Positions 8,927-18,501 of a DNA stretch of 45,062 nt are shown piece after piece. Origin of the DNA: Candidatus Thorarchaeota archaeon (GTDB lineage Archaea > Asgardarchaeota > Thorarchaeia > Thorarchaeales > Thorarchaeaceae); the NCBI GenBank assembly GCA_003345595.1, contig PRDI01000096.1, positions 1-45,062 of the forward strand, given 5' to 3'. The notes beneath the pieces were generated by a model. That model was not told where the DNA came from. It worked only from the letters and a program-made list of their open reading frames with translations, and searched no databases. Every line of letters starts with the position of its first letter. The stretch's first letter is position 1. The position numbers and the translations under genes are program-made.

Positions 8927-10708
8927 GTGAGTCAACAGAAGACAGTCATAATCGACTTGGAAGAAACTGAGAAGAGCCGCTTGGGAGAGATGAGCGAGCT
9001 TGCATCAGCAGAGGGATCAGGCGTCCTTAGTGTCAAGAATGTTTCAGCCCAGAATCGCATATGGAACGTCAGACTACATCTAAGTGACAGCCGGGCCGGG
9101 ACCAATATCCAAGACCAGACACTGGCGGCTGGCGAGATCGATGCTGGTGCCAAGTGGACGACCAGCTATGGTATCACGGTCGGGTCCCCAGTCCTGAAGC
9201 TTACTGAGATCTACGACACATGCAGGACCGTGACAGCGGAAAAAGCCCACTGGGCGTACGTGCGCGGGAAGGAAAACCCCATCAGAATCACATTGCATGT
9301 CAAGAACGAAACTGATGGTCAGATTGACAACGTCATCCTCAACAAGGCAATTCCTCCCGAGCTCTCCATGGTCAAGATTGAGAGTGTGAAGTCTGGTACT
9401 GCCAAGTTCGATGAGGGAACTCGACAAGTAGTTTGGAAAGACTTCGTGATATATCCGAGGGAAGAATCCACTCTCGTCCTCATGGCCGTTGGTAGAGTGG
9501 ATGATGTGGCGCAGAAGAGTGCGGGCGAGGCCGTCATTTCGTATAGAGCTGAGGGCCAACAGAGGTCTTCACTTAATCCAGACATGACGGCGCTGACTGA
9601 GTTTCTCAGCGGAATAGAAACGTCCGAAACGGAGCCCAACCACTGGGATTGCACGCTTGAGTGTTCAAATGAGAGCGACCTCATGGTGAGACTGGACAGG
9701 GCACAGGTGTTTCTTGCCCCCGAGAAGGGTGGCGAGAAGCAAAAGATGATCGACGAAACTCCGCACATAGAGATGAAGCCGACTCAGTCATGGAGCTCCG
9801 CCTTCGATGTCGACAGCAAGTCTCCGCCCAAGTGCACGCATGATGTGGTCTACACTCCGATGAGGGTAATCAAGAAGAGAGTCCTTGGAACCATAAGCAA
9901 GACACCTCAGACGATTCCGGTTCTGAGCATCGACTACAAGAAGGCGTTCGACCCACCTGAGGTCAACAGCTTTGACAAGACTCCCGTTGAGGTCACTATA
10001 GAGATCACCAACAATGGTACCGCGAAAATCGATGACATACAGATTGAGGACAACCTTCCGGATGACATGATGCCACCCAAGAAGGAACACATCACAGTCT
10101 GGGTAAGAGGTAAGGAGTACAAGGGCGGATACACGGTGACTTTGTCTCCCGACGATCAAGACCCCGAGAAACCACACAAGCTGAAATTCAGGATTACCGG
10201 CATGAAGGATACAGTCGGCGAACTCCAGCCCGGTGAGTCGGTCAAGGTGAACTATGCTGTAATGGCTTGGAGGAGTCGGCCAGAGAAGGAGTATCTAAGC
10301 CCCATACACTGCTCTGCAAACACGTATCCGGCGGGTATCCCTGCAGAGTCAGCCAGTGCCCCTGACGGACACAAGTTGGGCATAGTATACCGGAAGCGGC
10401 GCATCGGCGCAAAGAAGGCAATCAACAAGGGTGCAAAGACAGGAGAGTACGTCATCGTACTGGTCGTTGAAAACAAGGGTGAGGTCACGGTGGAGAATGT
10501 GAAGGTAGTAGACTGGGCACCTGCCACCTTCAAGTTTGTGTCCACGGATCCGCTCGAGGAGGAACCCAAGATTGTCGTCGGCAGGGACGGTACCCAGATG
10601 ACATGGACTTGGGCACGAATGAACCCAGGGGATAAGAAGTCGTTACGTGTCACGGTCAGGGGAGAGGGCGAGTACGAGCGACGCGAACCGGAAGTAACCT
10701 CCGACTAG
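8927..10708 (+). CDS. Cytosolic all-beta protein: mu-homology-domain-like N-half plus Ig/DUF11-like domains
   Basis: Long ORF with no signal peptide or TM segment. GTG 8927 follows GGTGA (ATG 8882 is an alternative start). Strand order matches AP mu/delta-COP MHD by eye; repeated xVxNxG...VxDxxP Ig motifs. The CDS is solid, the function call is tentative. Confidence 0.65.
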   Translation: MSQQKTVIIDLEETEKSRLGEMSELASAEGSGVLSVKNVSAQNRIWNVRLHLSDSRAGTNIQDQTLAAGEIDAGAKWTTSYGITVGSPVLKLTEIYDTCRTVTAEKAHWAYVRGKENPIRITLHVKNETDGQIDNVILNKAIPPELSMVKIESVKSGTAKFDEGTRQVVWKDFVIYPREESTLVLMAVGRVDDVAQKSAGEAVISYRAEGQQRSSLNPDMTALTEFLSGIETSETEPNHWDCTLECSNESDLMVRLDRAQVFLAPEKGGEKQKMIDETPHIEMKPTQSWSSAFDVDSKSPPKCTHDVVYTPMRVIKKRVLGTISKTPQTIPVLSIDYKKAFDPPEVNSFDKTPVEVTIEITNNGTAKIDDIQIEDNLPDDMMPPKKEHITVWVRGKEYKGGYTVTLSPDDQDPEKPHKLKFRITGMKDTVGELQPGESVKVNYAVMAWRSRPEKEYLSPIHCSANTYPAGIPAESASAPDGHKLGIVYRKRRIGAKKAINKGAKTGEYVIVLVVENKGEVTVENVKVVDWAPATFKFVSTDPLEEEPKIVVGRDGTQMTWTWARMNPGDKKSLRVTVRGEGEYERREPEVTSD

Positions 10709-10761
10709 CCGTCCGTTACATATCATTAGGGTGTGAGGGACACGTTGTTCCTCCACCCGAT

Positions 10762-11112
10762 TCATCCCGACTCTTCTTTTTCCAGTTCGCTCAGCTCTCT
10801 TCTTGTAGCCTCAAGCTCTGCGTCGATGTCTTCAAGCGGTACATAGTCGGCCTCGTCATCAAGAGTGTGTGTGTCAAGCGTATAGAGAACCTTGAATCCG
10901 GCCAGTGTTTTATGCAGGGCATTCGAGATCTCTATGATTGCACTCCCAAGCTCAGACTCTGTCATGTCATTGGGTGACTCGTGCTTGTAGATGAAGTCGT
11001 ATGCACCCCTCACTGGGGTGAAGCCAAGCCCGACCAGTTTCGCAATCACTGTGGCAGGACTGGCTCCCTCACTGTTGAACCATACTGAAACTCGTGTGAC
11101 GTACTTTGCCAT
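10762..11112 (-). CDS. Conserved archaeal hypothetical protein with acidic coiled-coil tail
   Basis: FNSEGASP...LGF...GAYDF core recalled from small archaeal hypothetical proteins. ATG 11112 preceded by GAGGT. Confidence 0.7.
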   Translation of the reverse strand: MAKYVTRVSVWFNSEGASPATVIAKLVGLGFTPVRGAYDFIYKHESPNDMTESELGSAIIEISNALHKTLAGFKVLYTLDTHTLDDEADYVPLEDIDAELEATRRELSELEKEESG

Positions 11113-11160
11113 GGCCAAGACCTCGTTGAGCAAGAATACGTGGACTGGCCCCGATTTTTC

Positions 11161-12279
11161 CTATAACCTTTGCTCAGGATTGGACCGGAGGTCATCATGA
11201 ACCAGAAGGGAAGAGTCCTCATGCTCTAGTATGTGTCGCCAAAGCGGCAAGCACTCGCAGTCTACTCCTCCCAAATCCGTGATTTCCTGCGTCAGCGAGA
11301 ACAAGCGGACTGATGCAGTGAGCAAATCATCACACTTGCCGCAGTTGTGAGTGCCCCGGCCTTTTCCAGCTGCCACGGGGTCGCACACTATGTCGACTGA
11401 TCTTGGCAATGATTCTCGGGATTGCCTCAGGACTTCTAGGACGGTCCAGAGCCATGGTGGTCTGTACTCACCCTTGGACCACATCCTCTCAACCAAGGTG
11501 TACTTCTGAACATTCACAGGATTGAATGAAACCGTCGTCACGCCCATGGCTGCGGCATCTCGTGCCGTCTTGACAGAATCAAGCAGTGCATCCCTCTCTG
11601 TCAAAAAGGGGGGCTTCACCAAAACGTACGCACGTATGCCTATATCATGAGCTCGAGCGGTTTCTAGTGCTCTTCTGAAGTTCTCAGTTGAGAAGCCCTT
11701 GTTGATACATATTCGGCGGATGAAGTCACTGCTGCTTTCTAGGCCCACACCAAGCTCGATCTCACGTTCGCCTAGCAGATTCCGTAACTGAATCATGTTC
11801 TCGTCTGAGACGAATTCAGGCCTCGATTCAATGACAACCTGTTGAATGCGCTGGTCGTTTCTCAGGCGTGCAAGGATGGACGCGCGGGCTGATAGCTGCA
11901 CCTCCTCGGGGTCCAGAAAGCTGCCGCTTGTGTAGAGCTTGACCGACAGAGGCCCCTCCGCGCCATCCAGCTTGGACATAGCACGGGCGAACTGCTCCTC
12001 CAATTGCTCTGAAGAGGGCTGCTCCCGACTACCGTCCAGCAGATAGCTGCACATCGTACATCCACCCGAAGGCCCCCGTGCGTGCGCACAACCCTGAGTC
12101 GCGAGTACGATTGACAATGCATTCCCGACTTCAGAGGAGATGCGCGCTCGAGATATCCAAGACGCTGAAGGGCTTTCTTGAGCATGTGTCCGACGCCTCG
12201 TCAAGGAGTCCTTCCTAGCATGAACTGACTCCCGAATGATAATCCCTTGCAAGTTCTCCAATAGACTGCTCGTGCCCAA
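11161..12279 (-). CDS. Archaeosine biosynthesis radical SAM protein RaSEA
   Basis: GCAHARGPSGGCTMCSY (Cx8Cx2C), KLYTSGSFLD, IESRPEF, YVLVKPPFLTE, YRPPWLW, RGTHNCGKC. Adjacent to arcS. Confidence 0.93.
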   Translation of the reverse strand: MGTSSLLENLQGIIIRESVHARKDSLTRRRTHAQESPSASWISRARISSEVGNALSIVLATQGCAHARGPSGGCTMCSYLLDGSREQPSSEQLEEQFARAMSKLDGAEGPLSVKLYTSGSFLDPEEVQLSARASILARLRNDQRIQQVVIESRPEFVSDENMIQLRNLLGEREIELGVGLESSSDFIRRICINKGFSTENFRRALETARAHDIGIRAYVLVKPPFLTERDALLDSVKTARDAAAMGVTTVSFNPVNVQKYTLVERMWSKGEYRPPWLWTVLEVLRQSRESLPRSVDIVCDPVAAGKGRGTHNCGKCDDLLTASVRLFSLTQEITDLGGVDCECLPLWRHILEHEDSSLLVHDDLRSNPEQRL

Positions 12280-12282
12280 ACC

Positions 12283-14235
12283 TCATTCCACCTTATGCCT
12301 CACCGACACTGCGCGGCCTCTCTCAAACTCGCACATCTCACGACCAGACATCTCACTTCGACCTACTCCAAGGACATCATCATCGGCACCAATGATCACT
12401 ACCTCGTCGCTAGGTCTTATCCCAGGGTCGGCATCTCTAACGGCAACTGCGAACACGGACCCGCCTTCTATGTGGTCACCGTCAAAACGGACCCAGTACC
12501 GTTTCAGGGGGGCAATAAGGCGCGCCCCCTCAAGCGTGAGAGACAACGAACCTGTCGCACCAACGAACGCACAGGTCTGTGCACCATCAACACGACACAG
12601 GATTGTCCCGTAGGGCTTCCCACGTAGTGCAGAGTCCTCCGGTACCAGTGCCTCGCCTGCCCCGGTCCCAAACTGATAGTCTGCCGTGGCGCGAAGTATT
12701 TCTTCCAACTGATTACGAGGTCCGGGCGATAATGAGAGTATATCGCTCAGATCTTTGAGGGTTTCTCTCAGTCCCTCCAGAGACTGCTTACTGGTGGCCG
12801 AGTGGCCGTCTGTTGTGTAGACTATACTCTGCTCAATGCGAGACTCAGCCGCCTTCATTGCTTCCTCATACCCTTCTGCTACGTGAGCCACTACCACGAC
12901 AGATTTGTCGAACTTCGCCAGGTGTACAGCCAACGCTTCACCTGCTATGCTGACTTCCTCGGCGTCCCAGTCACCAGTGACCGGAACGTCGTAGACGGAC
13001 GCAGGATACGCCCGCTCAAGCTCTCTCGGCACAACGCCGAGCGGAGAAGTAACGATAGCTTCTGCAGCGAATTGCCTTCCTCTGTGAAGCCCGGAGTCTA
13101 TGGCTTGCGTGAACAGCTTGTGTGACTTCGAATCGGAATAGGGCTTCCGTGCAGAACACGGCAGAACCACTACTAGCTTCTTGTGCTTTGGTGGAGCATA
13201 CCTTGATGCAACATACTCACGGAACCGCCTCACAACAGGTGAGTTGTAAGACTCGGGACCGACAAGTGGCAGAACCCCACCCCCAGATGAACTGGTGAAC
13301 TCCTCAAGGTAACCATACAGCCTCTTGTCAACCATTCTCAAAATGGTGGCATGCGCAGTGCTTGAGTGAGTCATGGACTCGACTAGGTACCTTAGACGAC
13401 CGGCATGAGCAGCCTGGACGCTCTCGGAGAGGAGAGACTCATACACGCCCACATTGTGGCTGACTAGAGTGCTATCACCAAGCTGATCGGGAGTGTCTGC
13501 CATGCTTCGCCAAGACACACACGCGTGACAGGGGCAGTATCTCAGCTCTGCAGACCCTGCGACGTCCTCAGATCCCATTGGCCATAGGCGAATTCTATGA
13601 AATGCAGCCCCTGCCGCTCTGCCTATGTCGATGATATCGAAACCCAGATAGACGAGCAAGGGAATTGCATTCGGGTTCACCCTCCCGAGCGCCAATGCCA
13701 GCCAGTTGCACGGAAGACGCGCGCGCAAGGACAAGGACCTCATGTCTTCGGGACCCAGACTACCATCAATGAGAAATGCTGCGGCGTGAACACCCAGCTT
13801 TGAGAACTCAGGAACAAGTGAGTCCATGTCCTCTGGACGAAGCCGCGGCGGGATTCTCACTATTGCACGAGATGCGGCGAGGTCCTCTCCATGATTATTG
13901 AGAACGCTCAGCTGCTCATGCAGCAATGCTACGGCAAATTCAGGACCAAGACTGGACGAGGGCGGCAGTGATGGCAGTAAGACATCTTCATCAGACCTGA
14001 TGCTATGGACAAGAGCAGAGTCTATAGTCCCTAAAGAAGGGAGTACGGCTATCCTTTGCTTGGACTCTGGTTCGTCATCCCGCCCAACGGTCCAATACGT
14101 GAGTTTCACCTCAGGGATGCTCACGCCGGCAATCAGTGTTGGAGTCGGTGTGGACAGGGATCTCAACTTGAGATTGCCGAAGCGAGCAGGACCATCGTGG
14201 CCACGTTCGATGAGAAACTCCATTTCTTTGATCAT
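12283..14235 (-). CDS. arcS: Archaeosine synthase subunit ArcS (TGT-like + DUF5591 + PUA)
   Basis: DGPARFG TGT-like N-terminus, CPCHAC zinc site, LPCSARKPYSDSKSH, TSPLGVVPRELE, YDVPVTGDW, C-terminal PUA domain. Confidence 0.93.
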   Translation of the reverse strand: MIKEMEFLIERGHDGPARFGNLKLRSLSTPTPTLIAGVSIPEVKLTYWTVGRDDEPESKQRIAVLPSLGTIDSALVHSIRSDEDVLLPSLPPSSSLGPEFAVALLHEQLSVLNNHGEDLAASRAIVRIPPRLRPEDMDSLVPEFSKLGVHAAAFLIDGSLGPEDMRSLSLRARLPCNWLALALGRVNPNAIPLLVYLGFDIIDIGRAAGAAFHRIRLWPMGSEDVAGSAELRYCPCHACVSWRSMADTPDQLGDSTLVSHNVGVYESLLSESVQAAHAGRLRYLVESMTHSSTAHATILRMVDKRLYGYLEEFTSSSGGGVLPLVGPESYNSPVVRRFREYVASRYAPPKHKKLVVVLPCSARKPYSDSKSHKLFTQAIDSGLHRGRQFAAEAIVTSPLGVVPRELERAYPASVYDVPVTGDWDAEEVSIAGEALAVHLAKFDKSVVVVAHVAEGYEEAMKAAESRIEQSIVYTTDGHSATSKQSLEGLRETLKDLSDILSLSPGPRNQLEEILRATADYQFGTGAGEALVPEDSALRGKPYGTILCRVDGAQTCAFVGATGSLSLTLEGARLIAPLKRYWVRFDGDHIEGGSVFAVAVRDADPGIRPSDEVVIIGADDDVLGVGRSEMSGREMCEFERGRAVSVRHKVE

Positions 14236-14243
14236 GCTCCTTG

Positions 14244-16889
14244 CTATACAATCGGTTGATATCCCGAGTATCCAGTGGTGTCGACCTTCGTTTCAGCACT
14301 GCTCAAGACCTGTCTGATGCTGTCGAGTGCTCCGAGCTTGAAGAGTGGTTGATTGTTGTTGCCACACTGGTAGGAGTAGGTGCAAAGTGGACAGCCATCT
14401 ACTGTCTTGCAGTCACAGCCGGCAAGAATCGTTTCAGCTCTTCTGAATGCCTCTTCGAGTCTGGTGAACAGGAGCTTCGATGCTCCATTGCCGCCCGGAC
14501 TCCCATCGTAGACAAAGATGATTCCGGAATCACCCATTGACACACCTCCTATCTCCCTCGTGCCCCCGCCCGTCAGCATGTCACTTGACTCGATGATTAC
14601 ATGCTCAACTGCATGGAACGTGCCCCCGTACAGCTCCTGGAGGCTCATCTTCGGGCCCTCCATGCTTTCGAGTCTGTGAGTCTGATAGCCGTTGACAGAC
14701 TCCGCCGGCTCTGGCATCGAAAAGGCAAAGCCACGAGTCTGGTAAGTGTACGCAAGTGGCGTGGGGAGATCAGATCTGCTCATGATCTTCCCTGAACGGA
14801 GGTCCTTCTTGACGAACCCTGTGACGGTCTGAGTCATCTCAATACTGCAGTAGACGACACCTATTCCCATGATCTTCCTTTCCTCATGGACCTTGAGTAT
14901 CCTAGGCATCGTCATGTACAGTGGACGCGTGTAGCTACTTCGGTCCTGCAGAGGGATTACCTCGGCAACGCCAAGTCCTGGAGCATATCTGAAGTCTACA
15001 GACTGGTAGTTCTTTCCACCATGCAAATATGTTGCACCTGCATGGAGCTCTTGCGCGGCCATGGGCATTGAACGCTCTCCAAGGTTTCTTCCTCCTGACT
15101 TGATTTGGACTGTGTCGCCAATGCCTCTGACATTGTAGTCTCTCCATTCCTTTCGAGCTCTGTTGGCGTCCTTCACTCTCACCCGGTCGCCATCCAGCAC
15201 TTCCAGAAGACCTTCTCTCTCAAGGGACTCTATGATGCTGCGCTGGCGCGGAAACTGTGACAGCTTCAGCTTCCCGCTCATGGCCGCAGCAAGAAGCTGA
15301 TAGCGGCCTACAACCTCATTCTCGGGCTCCATGTATGCGGAGTCTATGTCAGTGAAGTATTTGTCAGGCTTGTGCCTGTAGAAGGATGAGATTGGATCAT
15401 TCTCTCGAAGTGCAAGGACCGCAACACTCTCCTGGCCCTTCCTTCCTGCTCTGCCGATTCTTTGAGTCAGTCTCGTGATGGAAACTATCATGCTGACAAC
15501 GCTGTCAAGGTCTCCGATGTCAATCCCAAGCTCTAGGGTTGGCGTCGACACGAGCACAGGCAGCTTCCCTGACCTGAACTGGTCCTCCACAGTACTTCTG
15601 TGAGTCTTGGACAAGCCTGCTCTATGGACCTCGGACTTGATTCCTCCCTCTTTTAGAAGCATGTTGAGCAGCTCGGCTTCGGTATGCGTGTTGCCAAACA
15701 CCAGTGTCTTATACCCGCCCCTGTTAATCATCTGAATTAAGTTGACCATCATGGCGTACTTGCTGCGATTGCCGGGGTAGTACATGAAGAAATGAAACGG
15801 TCCACGCCTAGCCGACTTGGACTCTATGAGTTGGACTGGTCTGTCAAAGAGCATCTCCCCGAATTCCGCCGGATTAGAAATGGTTGCAGATGCGCCGATG
15901 ACTTGGAACCTACCCGACTCCATTTCCAGCCGCTTCAGGATGTAGTACACGTTTGCGCCCATCGAACCTGTATACATGTGAATCTCATCTAGTACGACGT
16001 ATCGAACACTCCTCAACAGCGGGACTAGTCGTGACTGATTCCACCCTAGATGGTAATGCAGGACATCGGGGTTGGTCAGGAGAATATCAGGCGGGTTCTC
16101 GTAGGTTTTCTCCCTCTGGTTCTGTGGCACGTCCCCGTCAAAGATGCCGGCGCTGAGCCCTGACACCTCGCACATCTGCGAGATCTTGTCGAACTGATCC
16201 CTAGCCAGAGCCTTTGTGGGATAAATCAGAAGCGCTCTGACTCCGGAATGTTCGAATGTTTCGCCCACAGTAACCAGAAGCTGTCGTACAATCGGCAAGA
16301 TGAATGCCTCTGTTTTACCTTGGCCGGTCGGGGCTACTATGACTGCATCCTTGCCATCCAGTATAGTGGAAACGGCCTCGTCTTGGAACTTGTATAGTCT
16401 TTCGATTCCCTTCTTTTGCAGCAACTCCTTCAGTCTAGCTGGAATCTTGACGTCGGCTACGGCGCATCCATATTCGGCGTCTGCCGCAGCATTATAGCGA
16501 TAACTGACCAAGTAATCCCGGCCAATATCAGCTAGACGACGCAGGGAATCTGGCAGCTCGTCAACATTCTTCCCCCCTGCCGCGAGTAGTCTGGCTATTT
16601 CTTGAGAGCTCTGTACTCTTGAACTACCACCTCGCGACTGCCTCTTCTTTCCGGTCGCCTCGATTGAAACAGGCTCAAGGGTCTGCCGCTTCTTGTCTGT
16701 TCTCTGCATCGTGTCTGTTGTGAGCCCGCCTTCTCTGACTGATTGAGTGTATGCCTCATAGGCCTCAAGCAGATCCCGATACTTGCCATCGATGCTGGTG
16801 TCGCAATTGCCGCATCTCACTGTCCATATCTGGTCCACTTTGTATATGTCCAGCTTCGAACCACATTTGAAACAGTGAAGGACCGGCAC
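14244..16889 (-). CDS. DEAD/DEAH SF2 helicase, Hrq1/MrfA (DUF1998) family, with N-terminal zinc ribbon
   Basis: APTGQGKT, YPTKALARDQ, DEIH, SAT, STPTLELGIDIG, QRIGRAGR and C-terminal CDC...GCPLC...C. GTG 16889 start gives an N-terminal CFKC...CGNC. Confidence 0.9.
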   Translation of the reverse strand: MPVLHCFKCGSKLDIYKVDQIWTVRCGNCDTSIDGKYRDLLEAYEAYTQSVREGGLTTDTMQRTDKKRQTLEPVSIEATGKKRQSRGGSSRVQSSQEIARLLAAGGKNVDELPDSLRRLADIGRDYLVSYRYNAAADAEYGCAVADVKIPARLKELLQKKGIERLYKFQDEAVSTILDGKDAVIVAPTGQGKTEAFILPIVRQLLVTVGETFEHSGVRALLIYPTKALARDQFDKISQMCEVSGLSAGIFDGDVPQNQREKTYENPPDILLTNPDVLHYHLGWNQSRLVPLLRSVRYVVLDEIHMYTGSMGANVYYILKRLEMESGRFQVIGASATISNPAEFGEMLFDRPVQLIESKSARRGPFHFFMYYPGNRSKYAMMVNLIQMINRGGYKTLVFGNTHTEAELLNMLLKEGGIKSEVHRAGLSKTHRSTVEDQFRSGKLPVLVSTPTLELGIDIGDLDSVVSMIVSITRLTQRIGRAGRKGQESVAVLALRENDPISSFYRHKPDKYFTDIDSAYMEPENEVVGRYQLLAAAMSGKLKLSQFPRQRSIIESLEREGLLEVLDGDRVRVKDANRARKEWRDYNVRGIGDTVQIKSGGRNLGERSMPMAAQELHAGATYLHGGKNYQSVDFRYAPGLGVAEVIPLQDRSSYTRPLYMTMPRILKVHEERKIMGIGVVYCSIEMTQTVTGFVKKDLRSGKIMSRSDLPTPLAYTYQTRGFAFSMPEPAESVNGYQTHRLESMEGPKMSLQELYGGTFHAVEHVIIESSDMLTGGGTREIGGVSMGDSGIIFVYDGSPGGNGASKLLFTRLEEAFRRAETILAGCDCKTVDGCPLCTYSYQCGNNNQPLFKLGALDSIRQVLSSAETKVDTTGYSGYQPIV

Positions 16890-17044
16890 TGAACCACCCA
16901 AGACCCTGCACTTGGCCCGTGCAGCGCTTATCAAAGTATGGCAGTGTCGTAGGGTGTAACATTTCAGGAGCCGAGTCGTATCACAACCGTTAAATGCGGT
17001 TGTGCATGATTGATGCACAACCCAGACAGTGGAGAGGTATTCCA

Positions 17045-17404
17045 ATGGTTGAAGAAATAAAGGCCGATCAGCTTGACCTTATTGTCGGTAGCAGCAAGCT
17101 AGTCTTTGTCGACTGTATGGCCGTGTGGTGTCATCCATGCAAGACCCTCGGTCCGATGCTTGAGGAGCTGGATGAGAAATACAAGGAAAGAGGGTTCAAG
17201 GTCGTCAAGATAGATGTGGACAGGAACCGAGACTTCAGCATGAAGAACGAAATCAGTAGTGTACCTAGTGTCTTTGTATACAGCGAAGGCAAGCGCGTCA
17301 TATTTGATGACGGCAGAGGAAAGAGGATGGACAGGCTTGTTGGCGTGATGCCACAAGAGGTCTATACGGAGATTATTGAGAATCTGCTGTCGCTACCAGC
17401 CTAG
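17045..17404 (+). CDS. Thioredoxin (WCHPC)
   Basis: WCHPC active site and SSVP cis-Pro loop. ATG 17045 follows GAGAGG. Confidence 0.9.
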   Translation: MVEEIKADQLDLIVGSSKLVFVDCMAVWCHPCKTLGPMLEELDEKYKERGFKVVKIDVDRNRDFSMKNEISSVPSVFVYSEGKRVIFDDGRGKRMDRLVGVMPQEVYTEIIENLLSLPA

Positions 17405-17531
17405 TCATCGTCGGTCATGTCTTGAGCGAAGAGCACTCTGAAGAGCCGCCTGTCTTTGAAGGCTGCGCTGGAGGACTTGACAACAAGATTCATAATCGCG
17501 ACAAAGCCGGACGAAAGGTAAGTGATTCTGT

Positions 17532-17900
17532 TTGGTAAGCGACGTAGACCCTGCATCAATCAAGAAGGCCATCGCAGAAACAAGGCTTCTTTTCGTTGAC
17601 AGCTGGGCCCCGTGGTGTGGACCATGTGTCGCTCTGACACCTGTGCTCGAAGAACTGAGCGAGAAGTACGCAGGTAATCCCAATGTGAAGTTCTTGAAGA
17701 TCAATACCCAGAACTACCCGCATTTTGCCTACGAGAATAACATCAACGCAATACCTTGTGTTTTGGTCTACTTCGAGGGCCAGCCCGCCCGTTTTGAGTC
17801 CCTAGATACCAGAGGTGGAAAGCGTGCCATGACTGACCGTCTGATAGGACTCAGGCCCGCGGAACACTATGAGAGAGTCATCCGCCTCTTTCTTGGATGA
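17532..17900 (+). CDS. Thioredoxin (WCGPC)
   Basis: WAPWCGPC active site and NAIP cis-Pro loop. Confidence 0.9.
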   Translation: MVSDVDPASIKKAIAETRLLFVDSWAPWCGPCVALTPVLEELSEKYAGNPNVKFLKINTQNYPHFAYENNINAIPCVLVYFEGQPARFESLDTRGGKRAMTDRLIGLRPAEHYERVIRLFLG

Positions 17901-17975
17901 TGCATGAAGACTCATCGAGCTGATGTTAGTTTAAAAGTTCAGACTGCTCGCTAGAGAACCATACGAAGTGAGTCT

Positions 17976-18494
17976 ATGCCAATCCATCCTTTTGGAGACC
18001 GCATGCCGAAAGTGGACCCAACGGCGTTTGTGAGTCCTCAAGCCACCATTGTGGGAGATGTAGAGATAGGTGCCAAGACGAGCATTTGGCCCGGTGCAGT
18101 GATACGTGGTGATCAGGCCTCTGTCAGAATAGGAGACAGCACGTGCGTTCAGGACAGTGTGGTCATCCACGCCCACACAAAGAACAACCCGGCCATAATA
18201 GGCAACTTGACAATCATTGGCACTGCTTCAGTCATTCATGGTGTCTACATAGGTGACAATGTAAGCATCGGGGACGGTTGTGTCGTCTTCGATGGAGCCA
18301 CCCTCGGTGAGGGCGTGATGCTGGCACCCGGAAGCATTGTACCCGCCAATGTTGTGATACCCCCTAGAAGCATGAATTCTGGTGCCCCTGCTGCCCAGAT
18401 ACGTGAAGTTTCAAGGGAAGAGGTTGGCAGGCATACAGCAAAGGCTGAGACCATCGCTCTGGTGTTCCAAAAGCTGAGGAGATGGCAGACCTAA
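17976..18494 (+). CDS. Gamma-class carbonic anhydrase-like (YrdA/PaaY) hexapeptide-repeat protein, one Zn His lost
   Basis: AFVSPQATIVGDVEIG, VIRGD, VQDSVVIH, IGTASVIHG, GAPA. Confidence 0.88.
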   Translation: MPIHPFGDRMPKVDPTAFVSPQATIVGDVEIGAKTSIWPGAVIRGDQASVRIGDSTCVQDSVVIHAHTKNNPAIIGNLTIIGTASVIHGVYIGDNVSIGDGCVVFDGATLGEGVMLAPGSIVPANVVIPPRSMNSGAPAAQIREVSREEVGRHTAKAETIALVFQKLRRWQT

Positions 18495-18501
18495 GCCTGA
18501 A

